64,000 nucleotides of DNA, taken from positions 1-64,000 of IMG/VR virus record IMGVR_UViG_3300031251_000010; one strand, written 5' to 3'. The translations under genes were made by a program, and so were the position numbers. The notes under the pieces were generated by a model that had not been told where the DNA came from, did no database searches, and saw only the letters and a list, made by a program, of their open reading frames with translations. Origin of the DNA: a virus. How positions within the stretch are numbered: the first letter of the stretch is position 1; every line of letters begins with the position of its first letter. Shown in pieces: positions 1 to 9,999 of the stretch.

Positions 1-252
1 GGTTGGCAGGTCTTCCGGATCGTCAATGGTGGAGACCTGGAGCCGCAACGCGAAGGCGTGCTCACCGGCAGGGCCTTGCGGCCCGACGAGCGCCGGGATA
101 ACGAGGGTGGCCTGGTCGCCTGCGATTTCCATCGTCGCTACGTGCCCGTCCGGGGTCTCCCCGTCCCCGATCACGGCATAGATGTGTGTCGTGGTAGTGA
201 GCGACTTGAGGTATTGCATCAGGCCAAGCGGCTGAATCACGGGTGCTGACAT
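1..252 (-). CDS. minor tail protein (partial, runs off window)
   Basis: ATG at 252 overlaps the upstream stop (TGATG); reads MSAPVIQPLG...PALVGPQGPAGE with a collagen-like GPQGPAG; follows other minor tail genes. Confidence 0.65.
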   Translation of the reverse strand, partial: MSAPVIQPLGLMQYLKSLTTTTHIYAVIGDGETPDGHVATMEIAGDQATLVIPALVGPQGPAGEHAFALRLQVSTIDDPEDLPT

Positions 253-815
253 CAGCTCTCCTCGGGTCGGGGTTCGTCGGTGTAGCGGACCTCGGCCTTG
301 GTGTGCCACTGAGACATCACCATTGGGCCTTCGCCGTCGCGGCGAGCCGCTAGGCCGCGCACATCAGGCGGCCGGAGCCGGTCAGCGCTGTAATCGCCTG
401 GCTGTAGGTCACGTTCGGCGTCATCAGGCGCCTTCACATCCACCCAGGTACATGCGTTCGGGTAGACACCCTCCAAGTTCGCAAACCGGCGCTTCTTGAT
501 GAGGGGGTCAGCCGAGCGGCGGAACCCGTACAGGGCCGCCGTCCACGCGATAGCCATTGGCGTGGACTGGGTTACCTCGTCGCGACCGCCTGCCAGGAGG
601 ATGTTCAGGTCATGGGTTCGGCCGTTCTGATCGACCGGGTATTCCATGACCTCTAACAACTCGAGGTACGCGCGTTGGATATCGCGCATCGCGGCGACGT
701 GCCTGGCCTTCTCCATGTCGAGACCGGCTTCCAAGCCGACGCGGATATCGGCGGAGATATCCCAGTCCTCGCACTCCTCGGCCTCCGCGCACACAGATTG
801 GTCGCGGGCCGACAT
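252..815 (-). CDS. minor tail-region protein (DUF2744-like)
   Basis: ORF 252..980, start moved to MSARDQ (815); position in mycobacteriophage tail cluster. Confidence 0.6.
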   Translation of the reverse strand: MSARDQSVCAEAEECEDWDISADIRVGLEAGLDMEKARHVAAMRDIQRAYLELLEVMEYPVDQNGRTHDLNILLAGGRDEVTQSTPMAIAWTAALYGFRRSADPLIKKRRFANLEGVYPNACTWVDVKAPDDAERDLQPGDYSADRLRPPDVRGLAARRDGEGPMVMSQWHTKAEVRYTDEPRPEES

Positions 816-835
816 TTGGAGAGTGTGTTGATCGG

Positions 836-2656
836 TCAAAAGATGGTCCCTTCGCCGAGGAAGTGGGAGAGGGTTGTCCAAACGGCCTGCAATGCACGAA
901 GACCCCGCGCTGCGGGGTCTTCCTTGTCGTTGTCGTCGCCTATCGCGAGAGACACAGTTACCGGGTCTTGACGGGACCACGATCGCTTAATCGCCGTGAT
1001 CTGGTCCGTGAAGATGATTCCGTGCTGCTCGAACCCGGCCCGATCCCCCAGCCCTACATCTACGTCTACGGCATGTGGTCGGCCATTGATCACCTTGACC
1101 GTAAAGCCTTGCCAGGCACGGGTTTTGTACTGGCCAACCCGGAGCGTCACAATTCCAGAGAGCGTGTAGGCGGTGCCACCGCCCTTTTCGAAATGCTCCT
1201 GCCAGGCCATGTCGCCGGTCCACAGAGCGCGGGTCGGATCAGTGAATCGCATCCAGGCGAGCAACGTGTTATCGAGCTGGCCTTGGTAGAGGTTGTCGAG
1301 GCCTTCGGTGCCCTGAGCCTGGCCGTAGAACGCAATGGTCTGTGCGAGTTGGGATAACGCATACCTGATGGCAAAGGTCTGCGCCTGGTTGACAATTGCG
1401 GGCGAGCGCGAGCCAGTCATGATCGTCTTGACCGGACCCTTGTGCTGTCTTCGCTCGGACTCGATGATTCCGCTGAATTGGCCCTCGTACCAGATCGTCT
1501 TCGGCTTCTCCGGTGCGACACCAAAGAGCTTGCGGAACAGTGGGTCAGTCTCGCCGTCCTGGTCCTCATCCAGGTTGATCAACGTCTCCGTGATCATGTC
1601 GTCCAACGTCGCGCCGATAAGGTTGATCACGCCGTCAACGGCGGTCCCTGTCGGGCCGGTCACGCCAGACTTGTCTTCGACAGCAAATATGATGCAGTTG
1701 CGATGGGGGCGGGTCGCTTGGTCAACGAACTCTTCGGCCACGGTGCCCCGAGCGATGTCCACCAGTTCGGTGTGCGGGGAGTCCTCGTCCTCTTCCAGCC
1801 ATGTGTAGGCGCGGAATCCGCAGCCCGCGTCCTTGAGCATGTCGTCCATCGCGGAGTGCCAATCCGTCCACGCGGAGCCGATGACCGAGAGCCGGGACTG
1901 ATCGAGCAGCGGGTTCACGAATGCGACTTGCAGCGGCCACGACAGCGGGTCCAGGCCGGTGATACCTCCGTTGATCCAAGAGAACGGGTTGAAAATGTTC
2001 GTCGGGATCGACAGCAGTGGGAAGAACAGCCGCGCAAGGTTAATGAACATCGAGGCGGAGAGGATGGTGCGGGTGTTTCCGGGAAGTACCCACATCTTGG
2101 GCAACTGGATCTCAGGCGGGAAGATCGGATTCGCCGCGAACAGAAGGTTTTTCGCGTGTTGCCGGTTACTGATGGCCTCCAGTTCAAGGGTGTGGATGCC
2201 GGAGCTGTCACGCTTCGCGTTGATCCCGGTTATCTTCCCGCCCCACCGGGTTCGCCAAGTCGGAGCTGTCGGGTTGGGGTCAACAACCAGGTGGAGATCT
2301 TCATGAATCTTCGTCTGGTGAAGGATGAAGTCGGTCAACCAGTTCTCATACCGGAGAACAACATTGGCCTGGCCGGAGTCTGACCACATCTCCTCCACAG
2401 AGGCCGTTCGCTCGCCCGCGATCTGCGCGACCGGCTTCATGTTCTTGTCGAACAGGCGCAGCATGGGCCGCTGCCGGGCAGATGCCTCGATAACGTCGCG
2501 GCGCCCCTTGACGTACCGGAACTGCGACATCGGGTCACTGGGGTCCGGCTTATCCTTCTCCGCGATGACCCGCTTGAATTGGTCGTTCATCCAGCGCGTG
2601 AATTCCAACGGCGCCGTTACCAGCCCCGTATCGACGCCGCCGAGGAGGCTGCTCAT
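836..2656 (-). CDS. minor tail protein (Gp37-like / baseplate hub)
   Basis: 606 aa, RLFDKNM..IA and RWGGKI motifs typical of the second gene after the tape measure in mycobacteriophages. Confidence 0.85.
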   Translation of the reverse strand: MSSLLGGVDTGLVTAPLEFTRWMNDQFKRVIAEKDKPDPSDPMSQFRYVKGRRDVIEASARQRPMLRLFDKNMKPVAQIAGERTASVEEMWSDSGQANVVLRYENWLTDFILHQTKIHEDLHLVVDPNPTAPTWRTRWGGKITGINAKRDSSGIHTLELEAISNRQHAKNLLFAANPIFPPEIQLPKMWVLPGNTRTILSASMFINLARLFFPLLSIPTNIFNPFSWINGGITGLDPLSWPLQVAFVNPLLDQSRLSVIGSAWTDWHSAMDDMLKDAGCGFRAYTWLEEDEDSPHTELVDIARGTVAEEFVDQATRPHRNCIIFAVEDKSGVTGPTGTAVDGVINLIGATLDDMITETLINLDEDQDGETDPLFRKLFGVAPEKPKTIWYEGQFSGIIESERRQHKGPVKTIMTGSRSPAIVNQAQTFAIRYALSQLAQTIAFYGQAQGTEGLDNLYQGQLDNTLLAWMRFTDPTRALWTGDMAWQEHFEKGGGTAYTLSGIVTLRVGQYKTRAWQGFTVKVINGRPHAVDVDVGLGDRAGFEQHGIIFTDQITAIKRSWSRQDPVTVSLAIGDDNDKEDPAARGLRALQAVWTTLSHFLGEGTIF

Positions 2657-2658
2657 AG

Positions 2659-3672
2659 TTACCTTGACCTCTTATAGCGTTGCGGCAGAAGGACTGTGAT
2701 CTTGGCGTTCGGATCGGAATGCTTGACGCGTATGTGCGCGACCGTTTTTGGCGCTATTGCAGCCATGAACCGCTTGTCGAACCGCTTCCACACGGGCTCA
2801 CCGCTGGCGGCGAGGTCGTGCAGGAAGAAGTCGAGGATCTTAGATTGGCGAGCGATCTTGTAAAAGATGTTGTCTACTGGGTCATTTGATGCGGTGAGGG
2901 TCCGCTGCGTGGGGTCGGTGTCCACGAGTACGTAGCCGTCCTGGGGCGTAATCAGCGGGAGCTCCACCATGCGCCCGGTGTCGCCGTCCTCCACCCATGC
3001 CTTCCCCGGCGGCACGATGAACTGCGTGTAGGACACCAGATCGGCCCGGTTGGCGAGCGCTACCGTGCCCTCTCCGTTGCCGTCGTACTGCGCTGCGTTG
3101 GCCGGGTTGTTCTGCCACGTCGCCCACAACGAGGGCTTGCTGTAGTACGGCTTCTGCGCGAGCCACGTCAGGTTCCAGGTGGCGAAGTTGTTCCCGAACG
3201 CGACCGGGTCGCGCTTCACCGAGCCCGTAACGGTTTTCGCGGGCCGGACCCTGATCCAGCGCCAGCCCGAGAACCGCGTGTAGATCCCCAGCCAGCCGTC
3301 CCGTTCCTCGTCTTGGCCAGCCCACCAGCGGGACTCGGCCATCCGGTACTGGTACTCGTTGAACGGGATACCCTTGCCGCCGATCTTCACGCCGAGGTTG
3401 ATCTCACGCTTCAGGATGTTGACGCGTTCAACCGTGGTACCGAGCTCGTACGCACCCTCACTGAGGAGCAACTCGAACGGCCAGTGGTGCTCGCCCTCGA
3501 TTTCCTCCGCGAGGTGTACGCCCTGCCTGCCAGCGAGCACACCACCGTGAAGGTCGTAGCGGTATCCATCCGGTGTGATGTAAAGGATGCGAGTCTCCAG
3601 CCCCTGCAAGCGAGGTGGCAGCTTCTCCCATACGTCGTAGGCCGCCATCTCCGCCTGCCGGATGAACCTCAC
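2659..3672 (-). CDS. minor tail protein (distal tail-like)
   Basis: 337 aa directly downstream of tape measure, 4-bp overlap. Confidence 0.8.
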   Translation of the reverse strand: MRFIRQAEMAAYDVWEKLPPRLQGLETRILYITPDGYRYDLHGGVLAGRQGVHLAEEIEGEHHWPFELLLSEGAYELGTTVERVNILKREINLGVKIGGKGIPFNEYQYRMAESRWWAGQDEERDGWLGIYTRFSGWRWIRVRPAKTVTGSVKRDPVAFGNNFATWNLTWLAQKPYYSKPSLWATWQNNPANAAQYDGNGEGTVALANRADLVSYTQFIVPPGKAWVEDGDTGRMVELPLITPQDGYVLVDTDPTQRTLTASNDPVDNIFYKIARQSKILDFFLHDLAASGEPVWKRFDKRFMAAIAPKTVAHIRVKHSDPNAKITVLLPQRYKRSR

Positions 3673-6600
3673 GGCTTCGGAAGTCCTGACGCATAGGTGC
3701 GCGAGCGGGCGTTCTGCTCGGTGTGTATCTCGGATTTCAGTGCAGCCGGATCCATTCCAACGTTCCCCGTGATGTTGATCGACTGATCCACGCTCGGCGG
3801 CCCTTGTGTCTGGCTGTTTGGCAAGATGTCGCTGACTTGAGGCAGCGCGGAGGCGAGCGTGTCGCCCACGGACGAGACGCTGCCGCCGTCACCAAAGTTC
3901 ATTCCGCCAAGGCCGCCGTCGTTCCCGCCAAGCGGGCCTCCAGCTAGCCCGGGGAAGTTGCCCTTCTGTGGGCCACCGAAGGCGTTCTTCGCCAGGCCAC
4001 CGAGGTAGTTCGCGCCCCCGGTGAACAGCTTCCAAATACCCCAGTCCATGGGGTTACTGAAGACCTCACCGTCGAAACCGAGGGCATCCATCGCCCCGGA
4101 GAGCATGTCCTTGCCGAAGCTCTGCACATCGGGCCCACCGCCCTTTCCGCCCTTGTTGGCGGTGAACTTGCCGCGTTGAGCTTCGCCGAGGTCATCGCGG
4201 GCGTCACCGGCTTCGCGGCGTGCCTTAGCGGCGTCGTTCTTCGCCTTATCGACCGCGTTCTGTGCCCGCTCTACTTCGAGATCAGTTGCGGCGGCGGTCA
4301 ATTCTTTCTGCTTCGCCTCAGCCTCTTTGACCCGCAGATCGGCGTCCTTCACGCGCTGGTCGGCGTCAGTGACACGTTCCTGCGCTTCGCGCACCTGCTT
4401 GGCGTCGGGCCGGTAGTAGCCCGATTTGCCGTCCTCGTCGTAGCCGGGGGTTGAAGGCATCCGTTGGTAGCCGTATCCGCTTACACCGCCGCCACCGCCA
4501 CCGAGTCGGCTGTACGCGGCGGACGCTGCGCCAGACTTGGACTGGATCTCGGACTTGTATGCCTGCCGGCCACCGGAGTATGCGGACTCGGCCGAAACCG
4601 CGCCGGGCGCCTGCTGGAGCCAGAAGATGTCCTTCCAGATGTCTTTCGATGAGCCTCCACTACTGCGCTTCTCATCTAGGCGGTTAAAGAATTCCCCGAT
4701 GTTCTTGTTGGGGTCGTCACGGCCGCCATATGAGTTGTCCTGCTGGAACACCCCATGCCAGGCACCTCCGCCGCCCGATGCCTTGGGGTTCAGCGCGGAC
4801 TCCTGCATCGCCGTGGACAGGACCGCGACTGCCTCTTCCTGGCTGTAGCCGCGACGGGTGGCTTCGCCGAGGATCGCGGAAGCTACGTCATCCGGGCTGG
4901 AGTTTGGTGTCAGCTGCCCGAGGCCCACGGCCTGTTGCTGTTGCCCGCCGCCGCCGGGCATCTGTCCGTAGTTGCCGATTTCGTGTGCGGCGGCAACGTG
5001 GATGTGGTCGCCGTGCTGCTTCATGGTTGATTCGCCGTAGATCCGGCGGGCGGCTTGGCCTTCGGCGTGTTCGCCGTTGACGTTGTACCAAACCTTTTGT
5101 GGGTCATCGAAAATAATCTGGGTCAGCTGGTCTCTCATCGACCAGATCGCATCGAGGTTTCGACGTGAGGGATCTACGTCGATGGCCATGCCCTTGGGGT
5201 GGAATCCGCCGTCTACCCCGTGATCGGTTTTGGCGCTGGTGAGTATTGCGCCTGGATTGGATTCGCGGAGTGCGCGCAGGATAGACAGGTTTATCGTGCC
5301 GCCGCCCATCCTGTTGATTTCGTCCTGGGAGACGTTGTTGAAGCCGCCTTGGTCGAAAACGCCGAGCATGTGGCCGGTCTTGGCCCAGATGTCAATGGAC
5401 CGCTTGCCGCCCTTGATGGGGATGAAAGCCTCGCCACCAGTGGAAGGTTCGGCCCACTGCACCAAACCAGCTCCGGCGACGGGCGGTTGGAACATCGCCG
5501 TGCGGGGCAGCTTGCCGCCAGCGAACGACGCCACGGAGTCCCACACGTCGTAAATGCCGCCATTGGCGCGGGGCGCGGCGGGCGGCGGCAGCATGAGAGT
5601 GCTCCAGTCGCCCGGCGGTGGCGATGCAGGAGCGGGAGCCGTGATGTTCTTTTTGAAGTTGTCCCAATCCTCCTGCGCCTGCTTGGTATCCACCGTCACC
5701 GGGACTTCGAGCTTCTTGCCGCCTTGCTTCTGCCTCCATGCGTCGAGGGTCTTCTGCCCCTCTTCGGTGTTCGCGTTGACTTCGAACTTGCCGTCAGGCA
5801 GCTCCTTGACTTGAAGGCCGATCTTGGCCAGCTTTTCAGTGACCTCCGGCGCATTCGAGTCGATGTAGACGGTCGTCTTGTCGTCGCCGAGGGCGGCCTT
5901 TGCCTTGCCGAGTTTTTCGGTGAACTTGAGTGCTTGGGCCGTCTGGTTACCGGCTTCATCGAGCTTCTTGTTCAGCTCGTCAGCGCCGCTGTTGGCGGCG
6001 TCCTTCCATTGCTTTGCCTTCTCGAACAGGCTGTCTGGGCCCGACTGCCAAGCGAAAAAGTCCTGTGCGCGTTTGAAGTTCTGTTGCGCTTTGTCGTCGT
6101 TGCCGAGGATTTGATCCCAGACGCCACGCAGCTGCATCCACGTACCGGCCACATCACCTGAGGCGGCGAGTATGTCCCCGACCGCTGTCATCATGTCGGC
6201 GGCGAAGATGATGACGTGCCGCCCGGCGTCTACGGCGCCTTCGGCCATTAGCGAGAAGAACTTCACGAGGTCGGATTGGTGCTCGCTCACCCAATCACCA
6301 AGGCCACCAAGGGCTTCGTTCGTGAAGTCGAATACCTCGCTGGAGAGCGGCTGCAAGGCCCCAGCGGCCTTGTTCTTGAGTATCTGCCACTGCTGCGCGA
6401 AGTCATCGGTGGCGTCCACGTCTTCTTGGATGGTGGTGCCGGTATGCGACAGCGCCTCATCGAGCTTCTTGACATCGAATACGCCGCGCCGGATTGCATC
6501 CACGAACTGCAACCCGCCTCGACCACCAAACAGCTTGTTGCCGAGGTTGATTGCGCCAGCTTCATCGCCCACATCGATGAGCCGCTGGATTTCGTTGGTG

Positions 6601-7850
6601 AGCGCACGCAGCGCGTCGGGGCCGCTCTGACCCTTCTTCGCGAGGGTCCCGAGGCCCTTGGTGAGGGGAGCGATGATCTTCTCCGGCTCCATCCCGGCTT
6701 CCTCGAAGACGCCCATCATGGCGGTCGCCTTGCCGAGGTCCATACCCAGTTGCCGCATGGTGGGTCCGCCCTTTGCGGCCAGCCCAATGAGCTCGTTGAC
6801 GGGTATCTGGGTCGCTTGAGAGGCGTTCTTGAACGAGTTCAGCGCAGCAACTTGATCTTTCGTATCTTTGACGCCAAAACCCTTGAACACCTTGCCTAGC
6901 TGCCGTACGTCGATCGGCTCCTCGGCGATGCGAGACAGATTGGCGATGTTCGTTGTGACCTCGACAAGCCCGTCACCGGTCTGCCCGAGTGCCTTATTGA
7001 CCTGAGCAGTCATCGAACCGATTTCCCCTGTCGCAAGGGGAACTTGGTTGGCGATGTCCATAGTGGCCTGCTTGAGGCCTTCCAACTCGGGGCCGGTCGC
7101 GCCGGTCTTGAGGCGCAGCTTGTCGAACACCTCGTCGTAGGACTCGCCGAGGTCGTACAGCTGCTTCATCGCGGCAACGGCCCCGGCACCGAGCGCGGCG
7201 AGTCCTGCGCCCGCAACGCCGCCTGCAACAGCGCCAAGAGCAGCTGCACCCGACTCCGCGCTCCCAAGTGCCGTGCTGAGTCCGGTTGCACCGCTGCTCA
7301 ATCTGCCAAGCATTGATCCGAGTACCCCGCCGCCCGTGCCGAGACGATCAGCGGCGGTGCCGACCTTCCCCAGCGCGGAGCCGAGAACGTCCGCGGCCTG
7401 CGCGGCACTCTTGGCGCCCTTCTCGCTGTCCTTGACCGAGTTTGAGTGGTCGCGAATTGCCCTGGTCAGGTTGGTGGTCGCCAGCTCGTGGCCCCGCTTG
7501 GCCCGAGCGAGCGTTTCTTCGGCAGCCTTACGTTGGCCGGCAGTGGCGTTGGCCTTACCGCGCACGTCCTCCAGCCGTGCTTCTGCGACTACAACTCGCC
7601 CCGCCGCGTCGGCTTCGGTCTTGCGGGCGACCTGCACCTTCTTGGAGGCCGCCTCCACCTTTTTGAGGCCGGATTCGGCCCGCTTGGCTCCCTCATCGAG
7701 GCCCGATGCGAGTTGCTGCCCCATGACCTTGCCTGAACGGCCGAAACGCTTCTCGGCCTTGTCCGCGATCTTCTCCACACCTTCATCCAGGTGAGAGGCC
7801 TCCGGCCAAAGGCCGACGATGACGCGTGCCAGTTCGATGGTTTCGGTCAC
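3669..7850 (-). CDS. tape measure protein with C-terminal putative cell-wall hydrolase domains
   Basis: 1393 aa, Ala/Gly-rich helical protein after the tail chaperones; WAEPSTGGEAFIP motif; HPKGMAIDV...HGDHIHVA and MQES...GVFQQ motifs. Confidence 0.93.
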   Translation of the reverse strand: MTETIELARVIVGLWPEASHLDEGVEKIADKAEKRFGRSGKVMGQQLASGLDEGAKRAESGLKKVEAASKKVQVARKTEADAAGRVVVAEARLEDVRGKANATAGQRKAAEETLARAKRGHELATTNLTRAIRDHSNSVKDSEKGAKSAAQAADVLGSALGKVGTAADRLGTGGGVLGSMLGRLSSGATGLSTALGSAESGAAALGAVAGGVAGAGLAALGAGAVAAMKQLYDLGESYDEVFDKLRLKTGATGPELEGLKQATMDIANQVPLATGEIGSMTAQVNKALGQTGDGLVEVTTNIANLSRIAEEPIDVRQLGKVFKGFGVKDTKDQVAALNSFKNASQATQIPVNELIGLAAKGGPTMRQLGMDLGKATAMMGVFEEAGMEPEKIIAPLTKGLGTLAKKGQSGPDALRALTNEIQRLIDVGDEAGAINLGNKLFGGRGGLQFVDAIRRGVFDVKKLDEALSHTGTTIQEDVDATDDFAQQWQILKNKAAGALQPLSSEVFDFTNEALGGLGDWVSEHQSDLVKFFSLMAEGAVDAGRHVIIFAADMMTAVGDILAASGDVAGTWMQLRGVWDQILGNDDKAQQNFKRAQDFFAWQSGPDSLFEKAKQWKDAANSGADELNKKLDEAGNQTAQALKFTEKLGKAKAALGDDKTTVYIDSNAPEVTEKLAKIGLQVKELPDGKFEVNANTEEGQKTLDAWRQKQGGKKLEVPVTVDTKQAQEDWDNFKKNITAPAPASPPPGDWSTLMLPPPAAPRANGGIYDVWDSVASFAGGKLPRTAMFQPPVAGAGLVQWAEPSTGGEAFIPIKGGKRSIDIWAKTGHMLGVFDQGGFNNVSQDEINRMGGGTINLSILRALRESNPGAILTSAKTDHGVDGGFHPKGMAIDVDPSRRNLDAIWSMRDQLTQIIFDDPQKVWYNVNGEHAEGQAARRIYGESTMKQHGDHIHVAAAHEIGNYGQMPGGGGQQQQAVGLGQLTPNSSPDDVASAILGEATRRGYSQEEAVAVLSTAMQESALNPKASGGGGAWHGVFQQDNSYGGRDDPNKNIGEFFNRLDEKRSSGGSSKDIWKDIFWLQQAPGAVSAESAYSGGRQAYKSEIQSKSGAASAAYSRLGGGGGGVSGYGYQRMPSTPGYDEDGKSGYYRPDAKQVREAQERVTDADQRVKDADLRVKEAEAKQKELTAAATDLEVERAQNAVDKAKNDAAKARREAGDARDDLGEAQRGKFTANKGGKGGGPDVQSFGKDMLSGAMDALGFDGEVFSNPMDWGIWKLFTGGANYLGGLAKNAFGGPQKGNFPGLAGGPLGGNDGGLGGMNFGDGGSVSSVGDTLASALPQVSDILPNSQTQGPPSVDQSINITGNVGMDPAALKSEIHTEQNARSRTYASGLPKP

Positions 7851-8272
7851 GGGTCTCCTCTCTTTTCTGGGCCAATCACGCGGCCTGGAACGGGGGGTGT
7901 GCGGGCGTAGTTCGCGGCGCGGAGCCGCTCGAACTCCTCCAAGGGCAGCGCGTCGAACGAATCGACTCGCCTGGGGTTTTGCTTCTGGACAGGCGGCTCT
8001 TCGGGCACGCCGGGGCGGGGCACGCGGCGCTGGACTTCAATGAGCCCTTCTCGCTGCTCCATCTGGGTAGCGAGAAGGTGGGCCTCTTTCGTCCAGCCGC
8101 CAACAGCCAAGAACACTGAGCTATTCGTCGGGGGTGCAAGAACTATCGAGGCGAACTCATCCAGCGAAAGGTTGGTCCCGATGTCCTTGGCCCGGAACCC
8201 GAGGGCTAGAAGGTCGCGCTGAACCGCGTGCCAGTGATCACCGAACACACGGGTCAGCGCACCTATTTTTCC
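7847..8272 (-). CDS. tail assembly chaperone, -1 frameshift extension (gpT-like)
   Basis: ORF 7847..8248 is in the -1 frame entered at slippery site GGAAAAA (8266-8272). Confidence 0.8.
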   Translation of the reverse strand, partial: GKIGALTRVFGDHWHAVQRDLLALGFRAKDIGTNLSLDEFASIVLAPPTNSSVFLAVGGWTKEAHLLATQMEQREGLIEVQRRVPRPGVPEEPPVQKQNPRRVDSFDALPLEEFERLRAANYARTPPVPGRVIGPEKRGDP

Positions 8273-8658
8273 GCTGAGAGATTCGCCTCAGCGAACCAGC
8301 CGTCAAGGAAGGTACGGAACTCCTCGGAGGGCAGCTCAACGACGAGGCGCTGGATGGACTTTGGGACTTCGGCGTGGTCCATCCAAATAAACGGCTGGAA
8401 GCGGGCCGCCGCGTTGTACAGCTCCCACCAGAACAGGTTGTCCGGCGGCGCGACAGCTGTGATCTTCGGGAACAGGATCACATCGCCTGCGGCGCTCGTG
8501 AATTCGTACAGCGGTGTGTCGTCCGGATACGGCGAGGCCGGGCGGTGGGGCTTGGGCGGGACACCCCGCGCCGGGGCGGGGGTGTCCTCACCTGTGGCCG
8601 GAGCGGCGGCCTTGCGTGGCGCTGCCTTCTTGGCGGGCGCCTTGCGTGTGGTGCTCAA
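8263..8658 (-). CDS. tail assembly chaperone (gpG-like)
   Basis: 131 aa between major tail and tape measure; ends GCG GAA AAA TAG. Confidence 0.85.
   Translation of the reverse strand: MSTTRKAPAKKAAPRKAAAPATGEDTPAPARGVPPKPHRPASPYPDDTPLYEFTSAAGDVILFPKITAVAPPDNLFWWELYNAAARFQPFIWMDHAEVPKSIQRLVVELPSEEFRTFLDGWFAEANLSAEK
8266..8272 (-). other. programmed -1 ribosomal frameshift site GGAAAAA
   Basis: A -1 shift gives ATA GGT GCG CTG ACC CGT GTG TTC GGT, in frame with the downstream VFGDHW ORF. Confidence 0.8.
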
Positions 8659-9236
8659 ATGGTCACCACGCCGTCGTTCCAGTACTGGTAGCCGTGGTTC
8701 CCGTCACTGTCGGGGAACGGCTTCAGAGTGCACTCATACGACGCCAGCTCTGAGTGAACCCACTTCAGAGGCCCAACCGCAGTGATACGTCCGATCGGGA
8801 TGACCAATCGCATCGAGATCAGGTTGTAGAACCCGTCGATGATCCACGCTCCGGTGTCGAGGAGCTTGGAGTTCAGCTTGGCCGCGATCTCAGCGCCACT
8901 CGTGGTACTGGCCGGGGTGACCGTGACATTGCTCGACCCGTGAACGGCCTTCTGCACGTCAGCGTTCATCACTTGGAGCAGCTTGAACTTCAGCTCCAGG
9001 CCGTACTTCTCCTGGAGCACGGCGACCAGGTCGCCACCCCAGTTGTTCTCTTCCTTGTTGGAGCGGTCTTCGGTGCGTTCAACACCGTCCACCCCAACAT
9101 GTCCGAGGTTCTTGAACGCCACGTCAGGTGCACCAATTGCCGTTGCGGGCAAGGTAGTTCCGACCGCAGCGCGCAGGATGCCGCCGGTGACTCGGGGAGA
9201 CGGGGCGGCCAGCTCCAGCACATTGTTGAGAGCCAT
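8655..9236 (-). CDS. major tail protein
   Basis: 193 aa, GTTLP...FKNLGHVGVDGV...WGGD motifs of actinophage tail tube proteins; synteny. Confidence 0.88.
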   Translation of the reverse strand: MALNNVLELAAPSPRVTGGILRAAVGTTLPATAIGAPDVAFKNLGHVGVDGVERTEDRSNKEENNWGGDLVAVLQEKYGLELKFKLLQVMNADVQKAVHGSSNVTVTPASTTSGAEIAAKLNSKLLDTGAWIIDGFYNLISMRLVIPIGRITAVGPLKWVHSELASYECTLKPFPDSDGNHGYQYWNDGVVTI

Positions 9237-9261
9237 GCGGGCTTTCCTCTCGTGATATGCG

Positions 9262-9287
9262 AAAGGCCGCCCCGGTTGGGACGGCCT
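9262..9287 (-). terminator. hairpin/terminator-like element upstream of major tail gene
   Basis: AGGCCGTCCC-AACC-GGGGCGGCCT followed by TTCG on the minus strand; U-tract short. Confidence 0.4.
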
Positions 9288-9314
9288 CGTTTTCTCCCGC
9301 GCGAGGGCGGTGAG

Positions 9315-9752
9315 TTAGGGGGTGATGGGCGAGCCGAGCGGCTTGCCCGTGACGATCCAGGTCGCTTGGGACCTGTACCGAGCCATGTTCGGTACGTCTG
9401 GATCAGGTATGCGGTGCGAGAGCACGTCAGCTACTGCCCGGCTGATGAACCAGCCGCTCACGGTCTCGCCAGTAGCCGAGCCGAGCAATGCCGTTGCCAA
9501 AATGGATGTTTCAGCTGCGGCATCTTCATCGGCGTTGTAGCTGTGCAGGATGGTGTGCAGCCGGAATTCCAGAGGGTTTATCTGCGCTCCGCCGCCAAAC
9601 TCCGTACGCAGGAAGGGCGCTGGCTTCGTGCGGTTCGGCGGTGTGGGCGGCAGCTTGCTTCCGACTTCGACGGTGATCTCGTCGCGGGCGCCAAGGTAGA
9701 TGTAGGCGACCTTCTCAAGGTCCGGGTGAAGCATCGGTGGGTAGAGGCCCAC
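9315..9752 (-). CDS. tail terminator protein
   Basis: 145 aa preceding major tail; C-terminal PDPDVPNMARYR motif. Confidence 0.7.
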   Translation of the reverse strand: MGLYPPMLHPDLEKVAYIYLGARDEITVEVGSKLPPTPPNRTKPAPFLRTEFGGGAQINPLEFRLHTILHSYNADEDAAAETSILATALLGSATGETVSGWFISRAVADVLSHRIPDPDVPNMARYRSQATWIVTGKPLGSPITP

Positions 9753-9998
9753 TTACTTGCCTCTCATCTGGTTGACGGCCTTCATCAGGGTGGAGTTCTT
9801 GGCGTCGTCTGCGCGCGCTTCCGGCGTTTCAGCTTCCACAAAGGCCCTGGGGCGCTGCGTGCTTGGCCGATTTTGCAAAGTGACCTTGTAGCCGGGCCCA
9901 CACGCCTCGGCAAGCTCTTCCGCCTTCTTCTTGACGTACTCGGCGTGGAGATGCCGGATACGCCGGTATGCGGGCATGTAGTAGATGATCTTCGCCAT
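9753..9998 (-). CDS. head-tail joining region protein (HK97 gp10-like)
   Basis: 81 aa, RPRAFV..AKNSTLMKA; synteny. Confidence 0.55.
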   Translation of the reverse strand: MAKIIYYMPAYRRIRHLHAEYVKKKAEELAEACGPGYKVTLQNRPSTQRPRAFVEAETPEARADDAKNSTLMKAVNQMRGK

Positions 9999-9999
9999 G

